Positions 11,829 to 23,839 of a DNA stretch of 64,000 bases are shown in pieces (positions within the stretch are counted from its first letter, which is position 1; every line of letters starts with the position of its first letter). Made by a program: the position numbers and the translations under genes. The notes under the pieces are model-generated. The model was not told the origin of the DNA and made no database searches. It saw only the letters and a list, made by a program, of their open reading frames with translations. The DNA is from Tubiluchus corallicola (Eukaryota > Animalia > Priapulida), in the NCBI GenBank assembly GCA_030141605.1, contig JAQGDQ010000810.1, positions 1 through 64,000 of the forward strand. The letters are read 5' to 3'.

Positions 11829-12885
11829 GTCATCATCATAAAGGAGACAAAATGCTCTTTAAAATCTCAAAAAGTTTTTTTCGGGAGGTTTTATTCTTCA
11901 CCGACTTCATCAGCTGAAACGGCTTGTGAAGCCTAGATCTTGAAACATCTTTCTATATTCTTCAAGATCCAGCTGAAACTTCATCAGCTGAATCTGCTTG
12001 TGAGGCCTAGATCTTGAAACATCTTTCAAGATCCTTCAAGATCCAGCTGAAACTTCATCAGCTGAAACTGCCTGTAAGGCCTAGATCTTGAAATGTCTTT
12101 CAAGATCCAGCTGAAACTGCTTGTGAGGCCTAGATGTTGAAACATCTTTCAAGATCCTTCAAGATCCAGCTGAAAGTTCATCAGCTGAATCTGCTTGTGA
12201 GGCCTAGATCTTGAAACATCTTTCAAGATCCTTCAAGATCCAGCTGAAACTTCATCAGCTGAAACTGCCTGTAAGGCCTAGATCTTGAAACGTCTTTCAA
12301 GATCTAGCTGAAACTGCTTGTGAGGCCTAGATGTTGAAACATCTTTCAAGATCCTTCAAGATCCAGCTGAAACTTCATCAGCTGAATCTGTTTGTGAGGC
12401 CTAGATCTTGAAACATCTTTCAAGATCCTTCAAGATCCAGCTGAAACTTCATCAGCTGAAACTGCCTGTAAGGCCTAGATCTTGAAACGTCTTTCAAGAT
12501 CCAGCTGAAACTGCTTGTGAGGCCTAGATGTTGAAACATCTTTCAAGATCCTTCAAGATCCAGCTGAAAGTTCATCAGCTGAAACTGCTTGTGAGGCCTA
12601 GATCTTGAAACTATCTTTCAAGATCTTTCAAAATCCAGCTGAAACTTCATCAGCTGAAACTGCCTGTAAGGCCTAGATCTTGAAACATCTTTCAAGATCT
12701 TTCAAGATCCAGCTGAAACTTCATCAGCTGAAACTGCCTGTAAGGCCTAGATCTTGAAACATCTTTCAAGATCCTTCAAGATCCAGGCCATACGAGTAGT
12801 TTCAGTTGACGAAGTCCATGGAGGATGACAGCTCTTGGAAAAAGTTGAGATTCAAAGGGACTTTTGTCTTCTTTATGATAATAAC
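11829..12885. mobile_element. Fold-back element with ~90-bp imperfect inverted termini enclosing a 74/74/49-bp tandem array
   Basis: TCATAAAGGAGACAAAA...GACTTCATCAGCTGAAAC versus GTTTCAGTTGACGAAGTC...TTTTGTCTTCTTTATGA. Array 11903-12786 has 13 units marked by A(A/G)GCCTAGAT. Confidence 0.8.
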
Positions 12886-13083
12886 TTCACAATCTAACCA
12901 GTTAGAATTTAGAATTAAACGCATCGGCTATAAAACTAGTTAACTTTCTTTATAAATTCTGTAACTATCTGTTTATTGTTTACTAACAATGTTTATTGAT
13001 TGCGCAGTGTATTATAGTGTACTTTTGGATACATGTAATTATTTTAGTACGAGCAAACATAACAAACACGTATGAATATAGCA

Positions 13084-13502
13084 CAGGGGTGTGCAAACTG
13101 CGGCCCGCCGAGAGATCTTGTGCGGCCCGCGAAGAGCTTTGTCAACGTAATGAAAGTGCGGCCCACGCGATCCAGCTGAAGTCTCCGCCAATATCGCGAA
13201 GATAGCGCGGGTAGTTTTTTCCTCTAGATCGGATGGCATTAACCCTTACAAGACCCTTGTCACTTAATGTCACTGTCGGACATGACGAAATATATGGTTT
13301 TTAATATAAATTTTAATAACTTCTAAAATAGTTTTTTGAGTGTAGTAGTGTAGTAGTAGTGATGATGTGCGCAAATCGGATGCAAAAAAAATCGTTACTA
13401 GGTCCTACTGTACTTGGCTCCTTGACCAAACTGCATGTGGCCCACAGGAATTGCGGGAATGTTTAATGTGGCCCGGCTAGTCAGATAATTTGCACACCTC
13501 TG
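13084..13502 (+). mobile_element. hAT (Charlie-like) MITE, copy 1
   Basis: TIR CAGGGGTGTGCAAA, perfect 8-bp TSD ATATAGCA. Confidence 0.93.
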
Positions 13503-14789
13503 ATATAGCACAACATTCAACTTCAACCAGAACAGGAATGGGTACATGCAACAGTAGATGCTAAGCAAACTGGAGATATCATTACAAAACTCCCAATCAC
13601 AGGATAGTATCACAGTTTTCAATTACACCAGTACGGATGTTAAACTATACAAATTTGGCGAGACGATAGCAATACGATACTTTTTTCCAACAATACGGTA
13701 GCGATAATCTATTTTATTAGCTGGTGCCGGCCATGGATAGATAGTCCGTTCAGCGGTGGGTGTGGTAGGCATATTTAGATTTCACGAGAGGGTCACGCCA
13801 TCCCGTAACGGGCGTTTCCTCGGACACAACTCATGATTTTTTCGAAATTTTGGAAACCAAGCAGCCTGCAGGAAAAACGTTCTAGCGGGGCCTGGTGGGA
13901 CTCTCAAAAGGAGATATATAGCTCTTTAGAAAGAGGAAGAACGGGGCTACACGATGATGTGGGCTATATTTTAGGACACGTCCACCAAAAGGAGTACCGA
14001 CGAGTTAATTACATGTTCTATTTCTGGCAATTTTCGCTTGGAAAACTGCTGGTGCAAAGCCATTGTTCTGACGTCATCCATTATACTCTGTCTGTAACCT
14101 TATAACTTTAATTCAGTAAAAGCTGCTGCTGGCTTTGCATTACGAGTGATGAATATGTAGGATGTTCGCACATTATTGATTATATATAAGTGTATTTATA
14201 CGCAAAATTTTTTGCGAGGCCTTTGCTAGTTAATAATTAAAATTATTAAGTGCTTCAGTGCATTCAGTACTCTATACTTAAATGGCTGTTAGTTGTGAAA
14301 CACAAGTTTGTTTACGATAATGATTCATACACAAGTAAACAGATAAACATACTACTAGGGCAAAAATATTTATCTATGTTACCTGCATACGACTGGGAAA
14401 GTGACACTAAGGATACGGTACAAAATACTTGACATTAGCCTGTCAGTGTCGAAGTACATAAAGGGGCCTCTATGCTTTGTCAGTATGATTCAGAATGAAG
14501 ATAGCCCTTATTGCCAGGCAAATGTACAAGAAAATGATTCGACTTGTGACAAGTTTATAATTTAAATAATTCTTTTTATTCACTAATTTGCATAATTACT
14601 GTAAATAAATGTAAAAGAAAAGTGAAGAGATTTTATAAAAGTAAGCGATTAGTAACGATGCGTGCCAATAATCGATAATTATCGATAGGTATCATTAGCG
14701 TCGACATCCCTAAGGCTTTAGTACCTATGATGAACGTTAAAATAACTTCGCCATCAACAAGATTTGAACTGGCAACTTTGAGCCTCAGT

Positions 14790-15372
14790 CAAGTTTTTTT
14801 ACTTTTTTTTATTTTATTATTATCACATTCAGTACAATATAATGACATTAAGCACACAGTGACATCAAAATTATTACTTCATACTGTATCAAATTGTTAT
14901 GTTTCATTCACTATCGTTATCATAAAAGAATAGTTGTACTGCAGTGGGCTAGAGAAGCAAAGGCTTGTATAAGCCCACTGCCATGTGAACCCGATAAAAA
15001 AAGAATGGATTAGTGAACAAAAAAAAAGAACTGGGAGAAAGGTTAGATCACACAGGAAGGGTAGAAGGATGTGTTAGTGGAAATGGTAGGAAGAAAGATA
15101 GTAGATTGTGCGATGTTGACATCAGCTCTAAAGATTTATCAATGATGCCTTGTTTTGCATAATCTGTACCAGGATTGTGGTATGACTGCTGCAGTAGGTG
15201 TGGGAAATTAGGAAGTGTTGTACTTGTTGAGAATTATTGCTCTGTATTTCTTTTTAAATTTTTGAATTGGCTGAACAGTTTTTAATTCATCATTTATGTC
15301 ATTGCAAAGCGTTGGACCAACATTTGCAATGAATTGCCGTGCCACGTCTGTTCTACAGAAATTTACAAATTA
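14790..15372 (-). mobile_element. L2/CR1-group LINE 3' end
   Basis: Minus-strand FCRTDVARQFIANVGPTLCNDI-like RT tail, 3' UTR and A-rich tail. A near-identical UTR copy lies at 28960-29260 (+). Confidence 0.7.
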
Positions 15373-15423
15373 ATAAAGCACTTTATAAACCTGCTAACCT
15401 AAAACACAAGTGATTAAACTTAC

Positions 15424-15561
15424 CTTCATGGCAATTTTGCATCTGACTGAATCTTCCTCGATATCAACAGCATCGCTAACGACAAATGACGCGAAAAATG
15501 TTCTTCTGAACAAAAAACACGCGTAGGCCGATCTGGATGAATTCACGGTTCTCAAGGCGAG
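15424..15561 (-). CDS. RAD9: RAD9 exon 3 ([18 protein letters not shown]...VRCKIAMK)
   Basis: TTTAG acceptor, GTAAG donor, 138 nt, phase 0 to 0. Contains the RAD9 signature [16 protein letters not shown]. Confidence 0.97.
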
Positions 15562-16138
15562 CTAAACATGGAAATAAAAAGCTTGTGAAGTATTTAGTAA
15601 ACGAGCAGCGTTATTACAAAAAAAGAAATTGAAAACTATACCAAAATCGAATTTTTCATGAGCTGAACTGAAATTAAAATCAAAACTGAAATTCCTTTGA
15701 AAACTAATCAATTATGACACGAATATAAGTGTATATATACTGAACACTCCGTACAAGTTTGATTTTAAGAGATGAATTGGTTACTGTGCGTGATTAGCGA
15801 CAGCAGTTATGCAGCGCTGAGCCTGATTAGTGAATGAATAGGTGACCAACGGTTCAATATTCATTCCGGGTGGTTCCACATTGCATGCGTGTGTTTGTCT
15901 CATGAGGGAAGATGCATATGAATCTCATCTTGGTAGCCCACACATAATAACAAAAAAGTTCCAGTACCACCACCAGCTACATAGATCTACTAAGCTGTAT
16001 AGGTGAGTGCTGGATTCAAGTTTGCTCAGTGAAAACTGTAAAATTTACTATTGCAGGCAGTAAACGTGTTTTAACCACTGCTGGAAATTGAACTCAGGAC
16101 TTTGTTTTACCGTTACTACACGATTGCTAGATGCTTAC

Positions 16139-16209
16139 ACTTTCCTCCAGCGGTTCAAAGTACAACTCATCGCCGATCTTTGAGAGCGAATGAATGGCAC
16201 GAGCAAAAA
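16139..16209 (-). CDS. RAD9: RAD9 exon 2 (IFARAIHSLSKIGDELYFEPLEES)
   Basis: TTTTAG acceptor, GTAAGC donor, 71 nt, phase 1 to 0. Matches the RAD9 motif HSLSRIGDELYLEP. Confidence 0.95.
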
Positions 16210-16393
16210 CTAAAATTAAAAGAAAAAAGGTAAAGAACTAATAAACTGAACATAGAACGTAACCACCTATTAATAAGCACAAAAAAAATCTATGGTGTGA
16301 CTGTCTGGCTAGAGATACAATTTACATTGCAGTTAAAGATAAAATAATTACTTACCGTACATAAATTAATTTAGTCTACCAGTTACTAATTAT

Positions 16394-16873
16394 CTGAAAC
16401 AGGCCGGGGGGTTTTGGGGTTCGCATAGGCCCCCATGGGGGTTCAAGGGGGCGAAGCAACAAATTGCAATTTTGTGACTATAGAGAGCCTCTAAGTGGAC
16501 TTAAAATATCAGTTACCTTGTTTCATGCATAATTTAAAATACCCGACTATCAAGGATACATGATACCTAATTGTCTCAAAAACGCCAAAGTACTGGCCGC
16601 TCCTATGCAAAAGTATATAAAAACCGTCTGCAATTGACTCACATAACTCCACACAATTGATTCTATATTTTTATACATAGAGATATACACGTGGTTACAC
16701 TGATGTATGTGATATAAACAAAGTGACGGCCTGCCACCTAGCGGTCAGTTTGTGAAATAATGCACTGGGTCCGTAAAAATTTTCTCAACGATTTTTTGCG
16801 ATTTATAAAAATGGCACTACTGGTCTTCCAAAAACTCGGAATCCCGCGTACCTGCGGAAAATTCTCATCCCTG
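16394..16873 (-). mobile_element. CAGGGATGAGAAT-TIR MITE, copy 3 (inverted, one TIR lost)
   Basis: Reverse complement of the family sequence. Confidence 0.88.
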
Positions 16874-18169
16874 ATTGTTTACTAACAACTCCTGCACAAG
16901 TAAAGTGACAGGTGGGGAAGACACTGGTTGATATTAGGACTGACGTACGACCTGCTATGATCACAAGGGACCCACACTGAATAGTCTAGTGGTCACGGAA
17001 CTGCAACTATAATCCAAAAGTACCCAGTTCAAACCCAGACTCGGTCTCAACTCTCACACATTTTTTATTTCGGCTCAAGTTTGGTTTCAGAAATTTTAAT
17101 AAATTCCACCATTCTTAATCTTACCATTATTAAGCTTACAGATAATTGGTTTATTAGTTTTGATTGTTTCATGCCTGAAAAATTGCTTTGCATTATTATT
17201 ATTATTATTATGAGTTTATTTCGTATAAAAATATACAGTTTACAAAGATAAAGATGTTAGTAAAACAGGTAATGCGATGTTAGTAAAGTAACATATCTAC
17301 AGACGTTCAACTTTATAATAACCACACATTGTAGTTCCCTTGTAATTATATTACAGTATACAGTCTTGTAAGGAGCTATAATAGGTATCTTAAAACATAA
17401 TCTTTAAATGAGTTCTTAACCTTTAATTTTAAATTTTCGTTTAGATCTACAGTACAACCATATTTAAATCTTAAATTTACTTTACTGTTATTTACGTTGT
17501 GATTTAAACTTTCAAATAACAAAAGTCAACATGATAAGATGCGTAATTGGTATCAATTTAGCATGGCAAAATAAACAATGGTAAATACATTAAGGGAAGA
17601 GAAAATAATTGAACGAAAAACTAAAACTATAGTATAGTAAACGAATACTGTACTAATATTATTATAGTGAAAAGAGCTAATCAAACATTAGCAATGATAA
17701 AGGAACAGTTTGTATCTAGAGACATCACCCAAATTCGACCCAGTATAGATTTTCATTCAATAGCTGCGTTTATAAATTGACTGCATTGCTTGTTTTTTGT
17801 GTGAATTTGTCACATTGATTACTGATTGCTTTTGTTCATTTACTCCATTTAAGACTTACTGCACAAATTTTCTTCCTTTTGTTTTTGTTTTGTTGTGCAT
17901 TCATTATTTAACTACATTTTCGTTCACTCGCTGCATTTTAGTTCACTCGCTGCATTTATGATTTAACCAGATTGCTTGCTTTTTTGTTGTTGCATTCATG
18001 ACTTGTTCAGTTGTTGTTTTAATATTTAACTGCATTATTTGCTTGCTTTTTTTCCATTGGTATAATTATAATATAACTGCTTTGCATTTTGTTTATTTGC
18101 TACACTTAAGACCTAACCACGTATTTATTCACTTAGCCATGTAGTCTGCCGTGCTTTATAATATTTCTA

Positions 18170-18304
18170 AGTTATGTAGGGGTGGCTGACTCGATGACCT
18201 CCTGGTCTTTCGCCACCCCATCTCTACATACTTTGTATAATTTGTTGTATTTGCGCTATAAATATTATATTAGAGATAAATAAACCTTTGAATTGAATTG
18301 AATT
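18170..18304 (+). mobile_element. LINE (L2/Crack-like) 3' tail with stem-loop and (TTGAA)n; related tail at ~54990-55100 (-)
   Basis: GGGGTGGC...GCCACCCC stem, AATAAA, TTGAATTGAATTGAATT. Confidence 0.55.
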
Positions 18305-18770
18305 TAGTAAGACCCAAATCAGAGTATTGTGTACAAGCATGGAATCCACACTATAGAAAATACATACAGCTTCTAGAGGGTGTGCAGGGTAGGGTGATCA
18401 ACATGATTGAAGGTATGGAAGAAATATCAATACAAGAGAGGCTTAGGAAATGATCACTTACAACCTTACAGCTGAGAAGACGTACAGGAGACTTGATACA
18501 AACGTATAAAATTATGCATTGGTTAGGTGGCAATGAAACAGAAAAAACGTTTACACTGGCAAATAATGGCACAACCAGAGAGCATTCGCTGAAAATTTAA
18601 AAATAAAATATAGAGCTAAATCGGATTTTGGAAAATAATTTTTCACAGAAAGGGTTGTTAGAGAGTGGAATTTACTCCCATCTGAAATCGCTAAAGCTTC
18701 TTCGGTAAACAATTTCAAGAACAAGCTGGATAGATATTTAGATACGAAATATGGGTTGCAATTAGCTTGC
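18305..18770 (+). mobile_element. CR1 LINE RT C-terminal fragment, degenerate
   Basis: YCVQAWNPH..K.I..LEGVQ...ERLRK..LTTLQLRR..GDLIQTYKIM...FFTERVVREWNLLP, with stops and frameshifts. Confidence 0.88.
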
Positions 18771-18864
18771 TCAATCAACTTCTACCACTCTTATATTTTA
18801 AGAGTGGCGATATGGCAACTGTAAAATATGTAATTTGAGAACGAAAATGATCAGGAAGTTTTAC

Positions 18865-18898
18865 TCTTAACATTGATTCCTGGTATGATGCACTTCAT
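18865..18898 (-). CDS. RAD9: RAD9 coding exon 1 (MKCIIPGINVK, ends phase 1)
   Basis: ATG at 18898, GTAA donor after 18865. Matches the N-terminus of human RAD9A (MKCLVTGGNVK) as I recall it. Confidence 0.9.
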
Positions 18899-19253
18899 TG
18901 AGCACATAATGAGTCTCTTTTACTAACATCAACGCTTAAATTGGTATGATTTCCTACACCAGAATAGCACGCGCGGCTTCCAAACAATTTTGTTTTGCTA
19001 GGAAACACGTGAGTGACATGTGCGACTTTTGTGCCCTCGAGTGATAAGATAACAAACTAAACGTTTTTGGTAATAAAAGTTTCTATTATAAGAAACATAC
19101 AATCTTTACGCCAATAAATAAGTGTTTAAGTAATTTACCAACAAAAGTCTACTGTTAATCGTTTTTATAAATCATACAGACCTAAGAATTTGCCTTAGAA
19201 TAAATCGCATTTTGTTGACAACATTTGCCGGGCAAGGCAATTCCAGTTTTAAA
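18899..19253. promoter_or_regulatory. Putative bidirectional promoter and 5' UTRs of RAD9 and the divergent gene
   Basis: 355 bp between two divergent ATGs. Contains ATTGG (CCAAT box, ~18940), a CACGTG E-box (19006), GCACGCGCGG, and YY1-like AAAATGGCCG overlapping the plus-strand ATG. Motif function is inferred. Confidence 0.6.
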
Positions 19254-19412
19254 ATGGCCGACAAAAGTGATAATTTTGGTAATTTTGGTGGCAATAAATT
19301 TTCTAATTCCGCTCTTTATGTACAGTTAGCTAAACCTTTACGAGAAGACGATGGAGAAACTTTCACTCAGCTTTATGACAAAGAAATTCCAAAAGACATA
19401 TCTAACGAGCAG
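19254..19412 (+). CDS. Exon 1 of uncharacterised ~1,500-aa protein (MADKSDNFGNFGG...DISNEQ)
   Basis: AAAATGGCCG start context, 53 codons, strong CAG|GTAAGT phase-0 donor. Linkage to the exons 12 kb downstream is inferred from strand and phase. Confidence 0.7.
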
Positions 19413-21170
19413 GTAAGTTTCAATTGCTATTTGTTCATTTACTTGACCCGAATTTGCTGCTTTTGGCAACAGCTTAGTAAAGGAATCGGCGTGAGTCATG
19501 GTGAATTTACTGAATCACGCCAAAACGAAGTAAGTAATTACTTACTTCCTGAGTTCGTATTACTTTTCTAAAAGTTCTCAATTGTATTTGTGATGTACTA
19601 AGTGGAGAATTGAAATCTTGAATGTTGAAGTAAATATCTGATTGAAAGGGTAAGGTCAACTTGCTTTCACCAACACTGAGAACACGTTGCTCATTTAGCA
19701 GTGGTATGATTGCAGCTTCACATATAAAACTGAGCCAACGTCAATACAGAGAAACATCGTGAAAGAATGTTCAATATTAAATTTCTTGTTGAAGATGTTA
19801 ACAAAGTATTTGTTGACTAACTGTATTCAAAAGTGACTTCTAATCCATCGCCTATGTCGAGCGCTGTTTTGGAATTTATTAATCATCTAGACTCGTAAAT
19901 TTTGTCATTGTTCAAGTGGCGATAGGGTTAGGATGAAGTTCTAATTTTCCAAAATGAGCCACAACCAAGCCTTTCATTTTAGAATTAAATCGAACGAGAT
20001 TAAACGTAGCAAAACAAAATTTACTGGCCAAACCATGTTTAACTAGATGCAGTGCCATACCGATTTGAGCCAAACATTGTTTGCTTACAAGTTATACTAG
20101 AAAAAATATACGTTATTTGAGGGGGAATTTTGGTCTTAGCCATATATACAGCTTCTAAATTTCCGCGATAGCGGAAAACAAACGGAATTCACAGACATGG
20201 GCAACTGAAATGGAAATAGCTATGAAAAATGGAATTGGCCTGATTTTCAATTTTTCTGCAAGTTTAATGCATACTAGAGACGAAATTTTACTTACCGGCA
20301 AAACTAAGCAGTTTTTTTCAGCCTTCCGTGACTTTGATAGAAGTTCCTTTCCCAAGTTTTATTTTTTATGCAACTAGCATTCCTGCTTTCCCTTTGTTTT
20401 TGTGTTTGCCACGAGAAAATTCTGGGAAAACACTGGGAAATTCTTTAGCGCGTAGCGTGAACTTGTGGCGAATAGCAGAGCATTTGAGAAAAGGTTTCAC
20501 CTGTTCACACAAAGACGATCTGACAATGTTATGCATGTGACATCTAGCCAGGGAATTTGTACGAATATGGTAGGATATTGTTTTGTAACTTTTGTGTGCG
20601 AATTAAATACTGGCGTTCTTATTTTATCTTAGCCAAATGCAAAGTATTATACCTGATAGATTACATACTTAATTCATATAAAAATTTACTTTTTTAATTA
20701 AAGTCTATCGCACATCACATAATTTAATGATAAATATTAGTTACAGGGCCATGTAGCTTCTAATTTCTGTGAATTGAGCCTTTCTTTGAAACAGAATTTG
20801 GTCAAATTTGAAACTGAAAATCGGAGACCCTACATATAACTAAGAAAATTACTGCCAGCATGAGGTGAACTATTTTTAAGCAAATGCAGGGATTATTAAC
20901 CTACCAAGCATTGCAGAACTTGAAAGTTTTCAGCAGAATTGCTCTGTGTGATGCTCTGTACTTAGCAAAACAAATGTAACACATATTTGAAGGGCAAAAG
21001 TTGAGTGTAGTGATGTTATATAGCTGTACTGTGTGCAAGTGGCAAATCTCTTTCAACGTTGCACTTTTACAACTGCATGTGTTGTCATATCTACTGTAGG
21101 TTATTGCTGCTGCAAGAAATTTAAAAATATGCTCAGTAAGATTGAGTAAGATTTTTCTTTGAGTTTAGCT

Positions 21171-21630
21171 CAGGGGTGTGCAAATTGCGGCCCGCAAAGA
21201 GATTTATCAACCTAATGAAAGTGCGGCCTGGGCGATTAATTGAGTGTATCCAGCTGAAGTCCGTGCCACGATCCCAAAGATAGTGCGGGTAGTTTTTTCT
21301 ACAAGATCGGATGCCATTAACCCTTACAAGACGGTTGTAGCTTAATGTCACTGTACTACACAGACTGTGTGATACTCATTACTATAATGCATTGTAATGA
21401 AATTACCACTATCTGTCCTGAAAGTAGAAATATATGGTTTGTAATATAAATTTTAATAACTTCTAAAATAGTTTCTTGAGTGTAGCAGTAATGATGTACG
21501 CAGGTCGGATGCAAAAAAATCGTTATTAGGCCTTTCTGTACTTGATTCCTTGATCAAACTGCCTGTGGCCCGCAGGAATTGCGGGAAAGTTTAATGTGGC
21601 CCGGCTAGTCAGATAATTTGCACACCCCTG
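21171..21630 (+). mobile_element. hAT (Charlie-like) MITE, copy 2
   Basis: TIR CAGGGGTGTGCAAA / TTTGCACACCCCTG, perfect 8-bp TSD GTTTAGCT. Homologous to 13084-13502. Confidence 0.95.
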
Positions 21631-23808
21631 GTTTAGCTCATTTTAAAGGAAAGGCCAAGCCTTCTGGTAACTTAGGCTTGTTTCAATGTTTGCAATTAAA
21701 ACGTTAGGAGGATTTAGTATAAAAGTACGATAAGCGCCTCGCGTAATTAGTAAAATCACTGTAGTGCTTCAGCATCCCCGTTTTGAATGTCCATTTTTCC
21801 AGCATTTCTGTTGTTTCTACCTGGACTGAAGAATAGCAGTGCACCTAAGAGCTGCGGCAAGTCCGAGTCGCGCTAAAATATCATTGCTGGGGCAAATCAA
21901 ACCAAACTAGTCGAAGTTTGACTCATCTCTCCATCCAGCAATTCAGATGTTTTGCCTGGTCACTAAGGGAAGTTTTATTGCTATACTGTGTCAAAAACTG
22001 CTGGTACCTGTTACTCACGTTTGTAATCCGGGGGCAGGTGAATCAGATTACTTAAGTTTATTTACTTTCCTTCACTTACACACTCATGTATAAAACCGAT
22101 ATCTTAAACTTCATGATGTCTTGTTAATTGGACCTTTGCCTAATGCTAACATTACTGTAGTGTACTAATTTTTTCTAGAAACAGGCGAAAATTTAATAAA
22201 TTGGCAATTGTAGTTAGTATATATGCCAAGTACCAAAAACTATGAAATTCCCGCCTGGGTGCGAGATAAAAAAATATTACCCGGGCGATTAGATGAAAAT
22301 AGAAATATTTTTATTGTTGGCCTTGGCTACAGTTAACTTCATACAGTTGTGATTTTCATCGATTTTTCTAGTTTTTTTTTATTACACAAGCAATTGTAAT
22401 CGGTTCAAACGTGCGAACTGTAAACAATTTTCCAAGCTTTGATAATTAATCAACAATAATCCATGATGATGTTAAAAGATGATGTAAATTTTGCAGTCAT
22501 TTTTGAAATTAGGCACTATTTGACTGCAAACAGTCACAGAGAAAGCAGCCAAAAATTGTAGTTAAATTTTAAAAAACTTCTATTCTTATTTTGGGCTAAA
22601 AATATCGTGAATTTTTTCGAGTTTTCTTGGAAGAAAAATAATAATTAGAAACACTATTTATTCTCTAGGTCATATTAAATGTGGCGTGCGGATTGTTGTT
22701 GCAATTTCAGTTTTCCAAGGTTTCCCATATTGCCAGATCTGACTTCTTTTAGTTGTGATGCTGACAAGCCACTGGCGTTGCAGTGTTTAATCGTTTTTTC
22801 TTGTTAGATTTCTTTTGCCTTCCCAGTGTTTAAAATAGACATAATAATGATGATGATAATGATGATAATGATACAGCTTATAAGCACATTTTCATAATAC
22901 TGACTCATTTTTTGTTAGTAATTTCGATTTTTGCCTGCAATTCTTTTATTAGCGTAAGTCTATTAATGACTTGGAAGTAGTCTATTAAGTAGTCTTTTAA
23001 TGACTTGGAACGTTGCCAAGTCAGGCGAAGTTCATTGCAGTGTATTTTTCTTCACTGTGTCTGATCTCTTTCATAATTCATCCAGTCTATGCAACAGGAA
23101 CGATACCTAAACACTACAGCTTCGAGCGTTATGCGATTATTGAGCATGGCATTTTGCAGTCGTCCAACGTTTTTAATGAAACTTTTCCCGTTCGATATTT
23201 ACGTTATCTTAAAGTGGAAATTATCTAGGATTAAGGTTTTACTTTGATTTGCACCCCGGTAGCAGCCAGTCCTGTACGAGTTTCGAACTGTTTGCATTTC
23301 TTTGAAATCATCTTTTCAAGGTCTCCGTCTCAATATTGTATTTGTAAAGGTCTTAGATGAGAGTTTGCTTAATAAAACGTAGTCCTTGATTTAACTCTTT
23401 ACCTTTACCACTTTAAAATTTTTGCCAAGCCCCAAGTTTTGAAATTTAATGCTTTTTTTGAACACTTCGTATTTTATTAAATTCATTGGAAAGTTGGTGA
23501 TGTGCATTTCAATGTGCTAATGATTTCCAGGCTGGGGGAACACAGTAATCTAGCATTTATGGCATCAGCCAGGTAAGAGGAAGGTCCTCGGTTCAAATCC
23601 CAATATGATACAATTTTTCACATTTCCTATTTTTTAGGTTTGTTTCAGAATTCAATTAATTGTGGGTTTGTACCATCATTAATAATTGTCTCGATATTAA
23701 CTTTGAGTTCATTATTAAATATTCAATTTGGCATTAAGTTCACTGAGGTCAAGCAGCCTGAAAACTAGGTGAATACCAACAGGTGGCAACGGTCACTTAC
23801 TGCTGCTA

Positions 23809-23839
<31 letters not shown>

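Noticed and set aside
1239-18898. Two RAD9 paralogues (RAD9A/B-like) in convergent orientation
   Set aside because: The two exon sets are exactly complementary with no overlap, and share near-identical intron-6 sequence. Old paralogy is not supported, although a very recent inverted duplication extending left of the window is not excluded.
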